A stretch of 64,000 bases of DNA, from positions 96,001-160,000 of the forward strand of contig CBDCSU010000005.1 of the NCBI GenBank assembly GCA_965221775.1, in the 5' to 3' direction. Of this stretch, positions 37,732-47,388 are shown piece after piece. Made by a program: the position numbers and the translations under genes. Position 1 is the stretch's first letter; every line of letters begins with the position of its first letter. The stretch is from Candidatus Latescibacterota bacterium. Its GTDB lineage: Bacteria > Latescibacterota > UBA2968 > UBA8231. Below the pieces are notes generated by a model. That model was not told the origin of the DNA. It saw only the letters and a list, made by a program, of their open reading frames with translations, and searched no databases.

Positions 37732-38079
37732 ATGCCCCATCCCGAGGACCTCCTTGAGATCTTCCCGAACCCCGAACCGGGTCGGGAGTACACGATCGAC
37801 ATCGACTGTCCCGAGTTCACCTCGGTCTGTCCCAGGACCGGCCAACCGGACTTCGGTACCATCCATATCACCTATGTCCCGGGCGACAGCTGCCTGGAGC
37901 TCAAGTCTCTCAAGCTCTACCTGCAGTCCTATCGCCAGCAGGGCATCTTCTACGAAGCCGTGACCAACGCCATCCTCGATCATCTCGTGGCCGCATGCGC
38001 ACCCAGGCGGATGACCGTGGTCGGCGACTACAGCGCTCGCGGGGGCATCACCACCAAGGTGACCGCCGCCCACCCCTGA
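37732..38079 (+). CDS. queF: NADPH-dependent preQ0 reductase
   Basis: [28 protein letters not shown]. Confidence 0.95.
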   Translation: MPHPEDLLEIFPNPEPGREYTIDIDCPEFTSVCPRTGQPDFGTIHITYVPGDSCLELKSLKLYLQSYRQQGIFYEAVTNAILDHLVAACAPRRMTVVGDYSARGGITTKVTAAHP

Positions 38080-38136
38080 CCGTACGGGGGCCGTGGCGCC
38101 ACGGCTTCGCCATCCATCTCATCGGAGCGTATTCCC

Positions 38137-39075
38137 ATGGCAGAATCCAGGGATGAAGAGGAGGTCGTCGCCGGCGAGGGCGAGGGCCAGCAGGGCAAGG
38201 ACAAGCCCTGGTATCCTTACATCACCAAGACCCAGTTCGAGAAGTTCCTCTCCCGACTGCAGAGCAAGGTTCCCGAGGAGATCGACCGCGACTACGTGCG
38301 CGCCATCATCCGCACGCCGTCCATGATCTACCGCTTCCTCCGCGGCGTCGAGGCCATGGGCCTGATCGACGCCGAGCAGCACCCCACGGACCGGCTGAAG
38401 AGCCTGGTGCAGAAGGAGTCCCGCCGGCAGGCCATCGCCGAGGTGCTCGACGACCTCTACCCCGAGCTGCTGGGCCAGTACCGCGACAGCAACGGCGAGA
38501 TGACCGACCGCGACATGGTCGCCTACTTCCGCCGCGAGACGGGGATGGGGAACGACTCGGCCAACAAGATGAAGATGTTCTTCAAGTACCTGCTCACCGA
38601 GGCCGAAGGTGGAGAGCCTGCCGCCGCCGCCGAAGAGGCTGAAGAGCCCCCCGAGGCCGAAGAGCCGAGCAAGGCCGACGCCGACAGCGCCCCGTCCCGG
38701 GAGAGCCGCGAGCCCCCGGCGCCGAGCTCCGGCAACGGGCGTCGCGGTGAGGCCCGGGCTCAGACATCCGACCGGCGGCCCCAGGGCCGGGGTGGAGACC
38801 GCGGCGACCGGGAACGCAGTGAACGCGGTGAGCGTGGAGAACGTGGGGACCGGGAGCGCGCCGAGCGGGGCGAAAGGGGAGAACGAGGAGAGCGGGAGCG
38901 AGACCGGGAACGATCGGTCAACAGCAACCGCCCCCTCACGGAGGCCCAGCGCGCCTACCTCGATACCCTCAAGTCCGTGTTGCGCGTCAACGTCGACGGC
39001 GACTGGGACGACGACATGATCCGCCTCGCCTTCGATCGGCTGGAGCGGCTGTTCGACCGCGTGCGGCGCAACTAG
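38137..39075 (+). CDS. Hypothetical protein, DUF5343-like N-terminal domain plus acidic and RGE low-complexity linker
   Basis: PYITKTQFEKFL...VPEEIDRDY...GLIDAEQHPT; ERGERGERG repeats; short helical C-terminal domain; own terminator. Confidence 0.7.
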   Translation: MAESRDEEEVVAGEGEGQQGKDKPWYPYITKTQFEKFLSRLQSKVPEEIDRDYVRAIIRTPSMIYRFLRGVEAMGLIDAEQHPTDRLKSLVQKESRRQAIAEVLDDLYPELLGQYRDSNGEMTDRDMVAYFRRETGMGNDSANKMKMFFKYLLTEAEGGEPAAAAEEAEEPPEAEEPSKADADSAPSRESREPPAPSSGNGRRGEARAQTSDRRPQGRGGDRGDRERSERGERGERGDRERAERGERGERGERERDRERSVNSNRPLTEAQRAYLDTLKSVLRVNVDGDWDDDMIRLAFDRLERLFDRVRRN

Positions 39076-39097
39076 AGAGACAGGTCACAGAACCACC

Positions 39098-39143
39098 GCA
39101 GCCCCCGTCTCGTCCTGGGCGAGACGGGGGCTGCCGCTTTTTT
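39098..39143 (+). terminator. Rho-independent terminator
   Basis: 15-bp stem GCAGCCCCCGTCTCG/CGAGACGGGGGCTGC, then CGCTTTTTT. Confidence 0.85.
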
Positions 39144-39158
39144 CGGGCGTTCCTTTCC

Positions 39159-40121
39159 CTACTCCTCCCACACCCCCATGGCCGAGAACTTTTCTACGCG
39201 CTGATCGATGAGGTCCTGCGGTTGCAGCGGACGCAGTTCGGCCAGGGCCTCCTGGATGTGGTGCTTCAGGCTCGAGGCGACCTGGTCGTAGTCGCGGTGA
39301 GCGCCGCCGAAGGGCTCGGGCACGACCCGGTCGATGACCTTGTGCTCGATCAGGTCCGCCGCCGAGAGCCTGAGGGCCTCGGCCGCCTCCTCCTTGCGGT
39401 CGCGCGTGCGGAAGAGGATGGTGGAGCAGCTCTCGGGGACGATCACCGAGTAGACGGCGTGCTCCAGCATCAGGACGCGGTCGCCCACGGTGATGCCGAT
39501 GGCCCCGCCGGAGAAGGCCTGACCGAGGATGGCCACCACGATCGGAACGGGCAGGTGGGACATCTCGTAGAGATTGCGGGCGATCGCCTCCGCCTGCCCC
39601 CGCTCCTCCGCCTCGACGCCGGGAAAGGCGCCCGACGTGTCCACCAGGGTCAGGATCGGGCGCCGGAACTTGGCCGCCATCTGCATCAGGCGCAGGGCCT
39701 TGCGGTAGCCCTCGGGATGGGGCATGCCGAAGTTGCGCATCTTGCGCTCGTCCACGTTGCGCCCGCCCTGGATGCCGACGACCATCAGCGGCTCGCCATC
39801 GAGACGGGCGGGACCGCCGACGATCGACTTGTCGTCACCGAAACAGCGGTCGCCGTGGAGCTCGACGAAGTCGGTGAGGATCCGCTCGATGTAGTCGAGG
39901 GCGTAGGGACGTTGCGGATGGCGGGAGAGCTGCACCCGCTGCCAGCGAGTGAGTCGGGAGTAGATCTCGCGGCGGAGCTTCTTGACGCGCTCCTCCAGGG
40001 AGCGGATCTCGCGGCTCAGGTCGAGGCCGTCCGTCTCGGCCTGAGCCTCCATGTCGCTGATGCGTTTCTCGAGCTCCAGGATGGGGCGCTCGAAGTCGAG
40101 ATGGAAGCTGTCGTCACTCAT
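39159..40121 (-). CDS. accA: Acetyl-CoA carboxylase carboxyltransferase alpha subunit
   Basis: [40 protein letters not shown]. Confidence 0.96.
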   Translation of the reverse strand: MSDDSFHLDFERPILELEKRISDMEAQAETDGLDLSREIRSLEERVKKLRREIYSRLTRWQRVQLSRHPQRPYALDYIERILTDFVELHGDRCFGDDKSIVGGPARLDGEPLMVVGIQGGRNVDERKMRNFGMPHPEGYRKALRLMQMAAKFRRPILTLVDTSGAFPGVEAEERGQAEAIARNLYEMSHLPVPIVVAILGQAFSGGAIGITVGDRVLMLEHAVYSVIVPESCSTILFRTRDRKEEAAEALRLSAADLIEHKVIDRVVPEPFGGAHRDYDQVASSLKHHIQEALAELRPLQPQDLIDQRVEKFSAMGVWEE

Positions 40122-40188
40122 GACCGGCGCCCGGGTTCGGGGGGAAGGCGGAGATCACTGGAGGAGACACCGATTCCCGGGATCTTCT

Positions 40189-41391
40189 TCACGTCAGCTT
40201 TGCCAGGGCCTCGCCGAGACGGTCCATGGCCCGGTGGAGGTTGTCCATCGAGGTGGCATAGGAGAGGCGGAAGTGCGCTTCCGTGCCGAATCCCGGGCCG
40301 GGCACGCAGGCGATGCGGGCCTCGTCGAGGAGGTAGTCGCATAAATCGGTGACGTCGGTGATCACCCGCTCCCCGGTCCCCAGCCCGAAGTAGGCGGAGA
40401 CGTCGGGGTAGACGTAGAAGGCGCCCAGGGGCAGGGCGCAGGTGACGCCCTCCAGCCCGTTCAGGCGATCGACGACGAAGCGGCGGCGGCGGTCGTACTC
40501 CAGGCGCATCTCCTCCACCACCTCCTGAGGTCCCTCGAGGGCCGCCACCGACGCCTTCTGCGAGATCGAGGAGGGATGGGAGACGGTCTGACTCTGGGCC
40601 TTGTCCATCAGGCCGATGACGTCGTCGGGCCCGGCGGCGTAGCCGATCCGCCAGCCGGTCATGGCGTAGGTCTTGGAGACACCGTTGACGACGATGGTGC
40701 GCGCCTTCAGCTCCGGGCTCAGCTGAGCCGTCGACACGTGCTCCGCCCCATCGTAGACCAGCTTCTCGTAGATCTCGTCGCTGAGGACGTAGAGCCCGTG
40801 CTCGAGGGCGACCTCGCCGAGGACGGCCAGTTCCTCCCGGGAGTAGACGGCGCCGCTCGGGTTGGACGGACTGTTGATCAGGACCATCCGGGTCCTCGGC
40901 GTCAGCGCGGCGCGCAGCTTCTCCGGGGTGAGCTTGAGGCCCTCCTCGTCCCGCGTCTCGACGATCACGGGATCGGCGCCGACGAGCTTGGGCTGCTCGG
41001 TGAAGGTCACCCAGTAGGGCGTGGGGATGACCATCTCGTCGCCCGGGTTCAGCACCGCCGCCACGGCCAGGGCCAGGGAGTGCTTGGCGCCGTTGTTGAC
41101 GACCACCTCCTCCGGGCCGTACTCCAGGCCGTTGTCCCTGCTGAACTTGCCGCAGACGGCGGCCTTCAGCTCGGGGATCCCGGAGGGCGGCGAGGTATAC
41201 TTGGTGAACCCCTCGTCGAGGGCCTGCCTGGCGGCCTCCTTGATGTGCTCCGGGGTGTCGAAGTCCGGCTCGCCGGCGGAGAGGGCGATCACGTCGACAC
41301 CCTCCCTCCGGAGGGCCGCCGCCTTGGCCGAGGTGGCCATCGTCGCCGACGGGGCGACGCGCTGGATGTAGAGGGACAAGGCTTCGTTCAT
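40189..41391 (-). CDS. aspC: PLP-dependent class I/II aminotransferase (aspartate aminotransferase-like)
   Basis: GEPDFDTP, NSPSNPSG, SDEIY, SKTYAMTGWRIG, GAFY. Confidence 0.88.
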   Translation of the reverse strand: MNEALSLYIQRVAPSATMATSAKAAALRREGVDVIALSAGEPDFDTPEHIKEAARQALDEGFTKYTSPPSGIPELKAAVCGKFSRDNGLEYGPEEVVVNNGAKHSLALAVAAVLNPGDEMVIPTPYWVTFTEQPKLVGADPVIVETRDEEGLKLTPEKLRAALTPRTRMVLINSPSNPSGAVYSREELAVLGEVALEHGLYVLSDEIYEKLVYDGAEHVSTAQLSPELKARTIVVNGVSKTYAMTGWRIGYAAGPDDVIGLMDKAQSQTVSHPSSISQKASVAALEGPQEVVEEMRLEYDRRRRFVVDRLNGLEGVTCALPLGAFYVYPDVSAYFGLGTGERVITDVTDLCDYLLDEARIACVPGPGFGTEAHFRLSYATSMDNLHRAMDRLGEALAKLT

Positions 41392-42602
41392 GTGGTGTAC
41401 TCCGCGTTGAGTCGAACGTATTCGTAGGTCAGGTCGCTGGTGAAGATCTCCGCCCGGGCCGCCCCCGCCCGCAGATCGATCTCGATGTCGATCTCCTCCG
41501 ACTTCATGGCCGCACTCAGGGCCCCGGCGTCGAAGTCGATACCGGCGCCGGCGCCGTAGACCGGCCGGCCGCAGAGGGACACGGCCACCGCCTCGGGGTC
41601 GATCTCGACGCCGGCGTACCCCACGGCGCAGAGGATCCGGCCCCAGTTGGGATCGTTGCCGAAAGCGGCGGTCTTCACCAGGCTGGAGTTGGCCACGGCG
41701 AGACCGACCTGCCGCGCCTCGGACTCGCTGCGTCCGCGCAGAACGCGGACGGTGATGAGCTTGCTCGCCCCCTCTCCATCGGCGGCGATGGCCCGCGCCA
41801 TCCTGCGGCAGACGTGCTCCATGGCCTCGGCCAGCCGCTCGAGAGCCTCCTCGGAGAGGCCGGGCGAGGCGTCGGCCCCGCCCATGGCGGCGCCGTTGGC
41901 CAGGGCGATCACCGTGTCGCTGGTGCTCATGTCGCCGTCGACGGTGCAGCAGTTGAAGCTGCGCCCCACGGCGCCAACCAGGAGCTGCCGCAGCCGCGCC
42001 GCGGGAACGGCGGCGTCGGTGGTGATCAGGGCGAGCATGGTGGCCATCTTCGGGGAGATCATGGCCGCTCCCTTGGCGACGGCGCCCACCGTCGCCGGCA
42101 GGCCGTCGAGGTCGACGCGGACGGCGGCGTGCTTGGCCACGGTGTCGGTGGTCATCATCGCTTCCGCCGCCTCCACCCCGCCATCCCCGGAGAGCCTCTC
42201 CACGACCCGCGGGATTCCCGCCTCGATCCGCTCCATCGGCAGCGGCACGCCGATGAGGCCCGTGGAGCAGACGAGCACGTCCGTCGCGGGCAGGCCGAGC
42301 CGCTGCCCCGTGGCCTCGCACATGCGCACCGCGTCGGCGCGGCCCCGGTCGCCGTTGCAGACGTTGGCGATGCCGCTGTTGATGATCACCGCCCGGGCGC
42401 GGCCGTCGGCCAGGTGCTCGCGGCAGACCGGGATCGGCGCCCCCTGAACGCGGTTGGTCGTGTACACCGCGGCGCCCGTGGCGGGTCCGTCGGATACGGT
42501 CAGGGACAGGTCCCGGCTCCCCGAGGGCTTGATACCGCAGGTGACGCCGGCGGCGCGGAACCCCCTCGGGGAGGTGACGCTGCCGCCCTCGATCTCGATC
42601 AT
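41388..42602 (-). CDS. argJ: Glutamate N-acetyltransferase (ornithine acetyltransferase)
   Basis: GFRAAG, STGLIG, MTTDT, KGAAMISPKMATML, DGDMSTSDT, DGEGA, DPNWGR, NAEYTT. Confidence 0.95.
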   Translation of the reverse strand: MIEIEGGSVTSPRGFRAAGVTCGIKPSGSRDLSLTVSDGPATGAAVYTTNRVQGAPIPVCREHLADGRARAVIINSGIANVCNGDRGRADAVRMCEATGQRLGLPATDVLVCSTGLIGVPLPMERIEAGIPRVVERLSGDGGVEAAEAMMTTDTVAKHAAVRVDLDGLPATVGAVAKGAAMISPKMATMLALITTDAAVPAARLRQLLVGAVGRSFNCCTVDGDMSTSDTVIALANGAAMGGADASPGLSEEALERLAEAMEHVCRRMARAIAADGEGASKLITVRVLRGRSESEARQVGLAVANSSLVKTAAFGNDPNWGRILCAVGYAGVEIDPEAVAVSLCGRPVYGAGAGIDFDAGALSAAMKSEEIDIEIDLRAGAARAEIFTSDLTYEYVRLNAEYTT

Positions 42603-44170
42603 CAGAGCCCCTCGCGCATGAGCTTGAAGTGCAGGCTGTCGGCCAGGGCGATCCAGCTGGCTTCGATGATGTTCTCCGAGACGCCCACGGTACCCCAGAC
42701 ATCGTGGCCGTCGGAGGACTCGATCAGCACGCGGACGCGGGCGGCCGTCCCGTCGCTGGAGGACATGACCCGGACCTTGTAGTCCTCCAGGTGGACGGTC
42801 TTCAGACCCGGGAACACGGCCTCCAGGGCCTTGCGCAGGGCCCGGTCGATGGCGTTCACGGGGCCGTCGCCCTCCCCCACGGTGTGGTGGACGCGCCCCT
42901 TCACCTCGACCTTGACCACCGCCTCGGCCACCTCGGGCTCCCCTTCGGCCTCCTTGCGGCTGGAGACGTGAAAGCTCAGGGGCCGGAAGCGGTCGCGGTA
43001 GAGGCCCATGCAGCGCCGCGCGAGCAGCTCGAAGGAGCCCTCGGCGGCTTCGAACTGGTAACCCTGGTGCTCCAGCCGCTTGACCTCGGTCAGCACTTCG
43101 TTGACGGCTGGATCCTTCTTGCTCAACTCGGGGAAGAAGCGCCCGAGCTTGGCCACCACGGTGCTGCCCCCCGACTGGTCCGAGACCAGGTAGCGGCGGC
43201 TGTTTCCGGTCGCCTCCGGATCCTCCTGCTCGTAACAACGGGGGTTCTTGTTCATGGCGTCGATGTGCACGCCGCCCTTGTGGGCATAGGCGCTCTCGCC
43301 GACGAAGGGCTGGCGGTGGTCGTGGGCGACGTTGGCCGTCTCGGAGAGGAAGCGCGAGAAGTCCATCAGCTGCGCCACCTTGTCGCGGCCGATGGTGGCC
43401 TGCCCCATCTTCAGCTCCAGGACGGGGATGACGGTGCACAGGTTGACGTTGCCGCAGCGCTCGCCGTAGCCGTTGAAGGTGCCCTGCACCTGCGCCGCCC
43501 CCAACTCGACGGCGGCGATGGTGTTGGCCACGGCCAGGCCGGCGTCGTTGTGGGTGTGGATTCCGAGAGGCAGGTCCACGGCGGCGGCGGCGGCCTGGTA
43601 GACGCGCGCCACATCCGCGGGCAGGGTGCCGCCGTTGGTGTCGCAGAGGACGAGGATCCGCGCCCCTCCACGCTCGGCGGCGCGCAGCGTCTCCAGGGCG
43701 TAGCCGGCGTCGGCGGCGCAGCCGTCGAAGAAGTGCTCGGCGTCGAAGGTCACCTCGCGGCCCCTGGCCACCAGGTAGGCCACCGAGTCCTCGATGAGCC
43801 TCAGGTTCTCCTCCCGCGTCGTCTTCAGCACCTCGGTGACGTGGAGGTCCCAGCTCTTGCCGAAGAGGGTGACGCTGTCGGTGCCGGCCTTGAGGAGGGT
43901 GTTGAGGGTGGCGTCTTCCGCGGCGGCGTTGGTCGGCCGCCGGGTGCTGCCGAAGGCGGTTACCCGGGCCCGCAGGTTCAGCGCCTTCACCTGCTCGAAG
44001 AAAGCGAGGTCCTTCGGGTTCGTCGGGTTCGGCCAGCCTCCCTCGATGTAGTGCACGCCGAGGTCGTCCAGCCGGTGGGCGATCTCCAGCTTGTCCTGCA
44101 GGGAATAGGTGATCCCCTCCGCCTGGGCCCCGTCCCGCAGCGTCGAGTCGTAGATCTCTACCGAGGACAT
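42602..44170 (-). CDS. cimA: Citramalate synthase
   Basis: YDSTLRDGAQAEG, FGKSWDLHV, FDAEHFFDG, HTHND, GERCGN, HKGGVH, WGTVGVSENII. Confidence 0.92.
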   Translation of the reverse strand: MSSVEIYDSTLRDGAQAEGITYSLQDKLEIAHRLDDLGVHYIEGGWPNPTNPKDLAFFEQVKALNLRARVTAFGSTRRPTNAAAEDATLNTLLKAGTDSVTLFGKSWDLHVTEVLKTTREENLRLIEDSVAYLVARGREVTFDAEHFFDGCAADAGYALETLRAAERGGARILVLCDTNGGTLPADVARVYQAAAAAVDLPLGIHTHNDAGLAVANTIAAVELGAAQVQGTFNGYGERCGNVNLCTVIPVLELKMGQATIGRDKVAQLMDFSRFLSETANVAHDHRQPFVGESAYAHKGGVHIDAMNKNPRCYEQEDPEATGNSRRYLVSDQSGGSTVVAKLGRFFPELSKKDPAVNEVLTEVKRLEHQGYQFEAAEGSFELLARRCMGLYRDRFRPLSFHVSSRKEAEGEPEVAEAVVKVEVKGRVHHTVGEGDGPVNAIDRALRKALEAVFPGLKTVHLEDYKVRVMSSSDGTAARVRVLIESSDGHDVWGTVGVSENIIEASWIALADSLHFKLMREGL

Positions 44171-44181
44171 GGACGGCCAGG

Positions 44182-45252
44182 TCAGGGAGACGCGGCGGCG
44201 ACGGCCCCGGCCACCATGTCTCCCACCTCGCTCGTGGAATAGCCCATCTCGCCGGCGCCCATGCCCTTCAGTTGCCGCAGGGTCGACACGATGGCGGCCT
44301 CGAGGATACCGGCCCCCTCGTGCTCGCCCAGGGTGTCGACCATGAGCTGGCAGGCGCCGATGGCGGCCATGGGGTTGATGACGTTCCGGCCCGTGTACTT
44401 CGGCGCCGATCCGCCGATGGGCTCGAACATCGACACCCCCTCGGGATTGATGTTGCCCCCCGCGGCGATGCCCATGCCTCCCTGGATCATTGCGCCCAGG
44501 TCGGTGATGATGTCGCCGAAGATGTTGTCGGTGACGATCACGTCGAACCACTCCGGGTTCTTCACCATCCACATGCAGATGGCGTCCACGTGGGCGTAGT
44601 CGCGCCGGATGTCGCCGTAGTCGGCCTCGCCCACTTCGTGAAAGGCCCGCTCCCAGAGGTCGAAGGCGTAGGTGAGGACGTTGGTCTTGCCGCACAAGGT
44701 GAGGGTCCTGTCCTTGTTGCGGCGGCGGGTGTAGTCGAAGGCGTAGCGCAGGCAGCGCTCGACCCCCTTGCGGGTGTTGATCGACTCCTGCACGGCGATC
44801 TCGTCGGGGGTGCCCTTCTTGAAGAACCCTCCCGCGCCGGTGTAGATCCCCTCCGTGTTCTCGCGCACCACCACGAAGTCGATCTCCTCCGGCCCCTTGT
44901 CCTTGATGGGGGTCGGCACATTGGGGTAGAGCTTCACCGGCCGCAGGTTGATGTACTGGTCCAGCTCGAAACGCAGCCTCAGGAGGATCCCCTTCTCGAG
45001 TATGCCCGGCTTCACGTCGGGGTGTCCGATGGCCCCCAGATAGATGGCGTCGAACTGCCGCAGCTCGTCGACGGCGGAGTCGGGCAGGGTCTCCCCGGTC
45101 CGGAGGTAACGGTCTCCGCCGAAGTCGAAGTCGGCGCTCTCGTATGAGAATCCCACCCTCTCGGCCAGGGCAGCCAGGGCCTTCATCCCCTCGGCGACCA
45201 CCTCGGGGCCGGTGCCGTCCCCTGGCAGGACGGCGATCTTGTACGATTTCAC
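44182..45252 (-). CDS. leuB: 3-isopropylmalate dehydrogenase
   Basis: LPGDGTGPEV, NLRPV, VRENTEG, TDNIFGDIITD, FEPIGGSAP; leu operon context. Confidence 0.92.
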   Translation of the reverse strand: MKSYKIAVLPGDGTGPEVVAEGMKALAALAERVGFSYESADFDFGGDRYLRTGETLPDSAVDELRQFDAIYLGAIGHPDVKPGILEKGILLRLRFELDQYINLRPVKLYPNVPTPIKDKGPEEIDFVVVRENTEGIYTGAGGFFKKGTPDEIAVQESINTRKGVERCLRYAFDYTRRRNKDRTLTLCGKTNVLTYAFDLWERAFHEVGEADYGDIRRDYAHVDAICMWMVKNPEWFDVIVTDNIFGDIITDLGAMIQGGMGIAAGGNINPEGVSMFEPIGGSAPKYTGRNVINPMAAIGACQLMVDTLGEHEGAGILEAAIVSTLRQLKGMGAGEMGYSTSEVGDMVAGAVAAASP

Positions 45253-45326
45253 TCTGCTCTCTTTCTGTTCCGGCGGCCCGGCCAGCGCGGTCCGACGACC
45301 GTCATGCCGACGAGGGCCCACACTCT

Positions 45327-45947
45327 TCAGGACTCCATAGCAAAGGAGGACAGGTACGGCAGCCTCCGCGCCGTCCGTCCAATCTCGTCTCCGGCCTGCA
45401 GCAACTCTCCAAGGGCGTCCCAGGTACCGGTGACCAGCTGCTCGCGCGGCCCCTCTGGCATGGCGGCCGCCATCGACTCGCCTCCGAAGCGCGCGGCCTG
45501 CGCCCCCACGTCGACCTCCACCACCAGGGCCGGATCGTCCTCCACGGCCCCCATGAGGCGCTCCACGTCCCCTTCCGAGGCCCTGAGGCACGGGAGGCCC
45601 AGGGCGGCGCAGTTGCCGAAGAAGATCTCGGCGAAGGAGACGGCGACGAAGGCCTCGATGCCCCAGCGCATCAGGGCCTGGGGGGCGTGCTCCCGCGACG
45701 AGCCGCAGCCGAAGTTGGCGTTGGCCACGAGGATGGAGGCGCCGGCGAAGCGCGGATCGTCGAAGGGGTGGCCGGCGGCGGCGCGGTCGTCCTCGAAGGC
45801 GTGCTCCCCGAGGCCGTCGAAGGTGACGGTTCGCAGATAGCGCGCCGGGATGATGCGGTCCGTGTCGATGTCGTTGCCGCGCACCGGTACGGCGCGGCCC
45901 CTGATCAGGCGGCGGATGCTGGAGGAGGTTTCGGCCCTCGGTGTCAT
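45327..45947 (-). CDS. leuD: 3-isopropylmalate dehydratase small subunit
   Basis: DIDTDRIIPARYL, NFGCGSSREHAP, SFAEIF. Confidence 0.95.
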   Translation of the reverse strand: MTPRAETSSSIRRLIRGRAVPVRGNDIDTDRIIPARYLRTVTFDGLGEHAFEDDRAAAGHPFDDPRFAGASILVANANFGCGSSREHAPQALMRWGIEAFVAVSFAEIFFGNCAALGLPCLRASEGDVERLMGAVEDDPALVVEVDVGAQAARFGGESMAAAMPEGPREQLVTGTWDALGELLQAGDEIGRTARRLPYLSSFAMES

Positions 45948-45948
45948 C

Positions 45949-47355
45949 TCACCCTCCGTTCAGCATGGTGCGCACGTCGGTCACCCGTCCGCTCACCGCG
46001 GCGGCGGCGACCATGGCCGGGCTCATCAGCAAAGTCCGCCCCGTGGGACTCCCCTGGCGGCCCTTGAAGTTGCGGTTGCTCGACGAGGCGCAGAGTTGCC
46101 GCCCCTCCAGCTTGTCGGGATTCATGGCCAGGCACATGGAGCAGCCCGCCTCGCGCCACTCGAAACCGGCGGCCCGGAAGACCTCGTCCAAGCCTTCGCG
46201 GCGAGCCTGCTCCCCCACCTTCTGCGAGCCGGGTACGACGAGTGCCTTCACGTCGGCGGCGGCCTTTCTGCCCTTTGCCACCTTCGCAGCCTCGCGCAGA
46301 TCGGAGATGCGCGAGTTGGTGCACGAGCCGATGAAGGCCACGTCCACCGGGGTCCCGGCGATGGGCTGGCCCGCCTCGAACCCCATGTAGTCGAGAGCCT
46401 CGGCGACCGCCCCGGCGTCGGCTCCGGCATCCCCGGGGGAGGGCAGGCAGCCATCGACGCCGCAGGACTGACCCGGGTTGATGCCCCAGGTGACGGTGGG
46501 GGCGATCCCGGCGGCGTCGATCTCCACGACGTCGTCGTAACCGGCGCCGGGGCCGGAGGCGATGGAGCGCCACCAGTCGACGGCACGGTCGAAGTCGGCT
46601 CCCCGGGGCGCCTCCGGACGGCCCTGGAGATACTCGAAGGTGGTCTCGTCGGGATTGACGTAGCCGCAGCGGGCGCCGCCCTCGATGGACATGTTGCAGA
46701 CCGTCATGCGCTCCTCCATCGACATGCGGTCGAGAACCCCGCCGGCGTACTCGTAGGCGTACCCGACGCCCCCCTTCACGCCCAGTGACCCGATGACATG
46801 AAGGGTCAGGTCCTTGGCGTACACCCCGGGGCCGAGGGTTCCGTCCACCGAAACGCGGCGCACCTTGGGACGGGACATGGCCAGGCACTGGGAGGCGAGC
46901 ACGTCCCGCACCTGGCTGGTGCCGATGCCGAAGGCGACGGCCCCGAAGGCGCCGTGGGTGGAGGTGTGGCTGTCGCCGCAGGCGATCGTCATCCCCGGCT
47001 GGGTCAGCCCGAGCTCGGGCCCGATGACGTGGACGATGCCCCGGCGGGGATCGTCCATGCCGAAGAGGGGTATCTCGAACTCGGAGGCGTTCTCCTCCAT
47101 GGCCACCATCATCCGCTCGGCGAGATCGTCGAGGAAGGGGCGGTCGCTCATGTCGGTGGGGATGATGTGGTCCACCGTGGCCCAGGTGCGCTCGGGGTGC
47201 ATCACCCGCAGGCCGCGCTCACGCAGCATCTGAAAGGCCTGGGGGCTCGTGACCTCGTGGATCAGGTGCAGCCCGACGAAGAGCTGCGTCTGTCCCGATG
47301 GCAGCTCGCGGACCGTGTGGGCGTCCCAGACTTTCTCGAAGAGGTTCTTCCCCAT
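45949..47355 (-). CDS. leuC: 3-isopropylmalate dehydratase large subunit
   Basis: [46 protein letters not shown]. Confidence 0.96.
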   Translation of the reverse strand: MGKNLFEKVWDAHTVRELPSGQTQLFVGLHLIHEVTSPQAFQMLRERGLRVMHPERTWATVDHIIPTDMSDRPFLDDLAERMMVAMEENASEFEIPLFGMDDPRRGIVHVIGPELGLTQPGMTIACGDSHTSTHGAFGAVAFGIGTSQVRDVLASQCLAMSRPKVRRVSVDGTLGPGVYAKDLTLHVIGSLGVKGGVGYAYEYAGGVLDRMSMEERMTVCNMSIEGGARCGYVNPDETTFEYLQGRPEAPRGADFDRAVDWWRSIASGPGAGYDDVVEIDAAGIAPTVTWGINPGQSCGVDGCLPSPGDAGADAGAVAEALDYMGFEAGQPIAGTPVDVAFIGSCTNSRISDLREAAKVAKGRKAAADVKALVVPGSQKVGEQARREGLDEVFRAAGFEWREAGCSMCLAMNPDKLEGRQLCASSSNRNFKGRQGSPTGRTLLMSPAMVAAAAVSGRVTDVRTMLNGG

Positions 47356-47388
47356 CTCCCTCGGGTCTCCTTGCGGAAGGGCGGCGCC

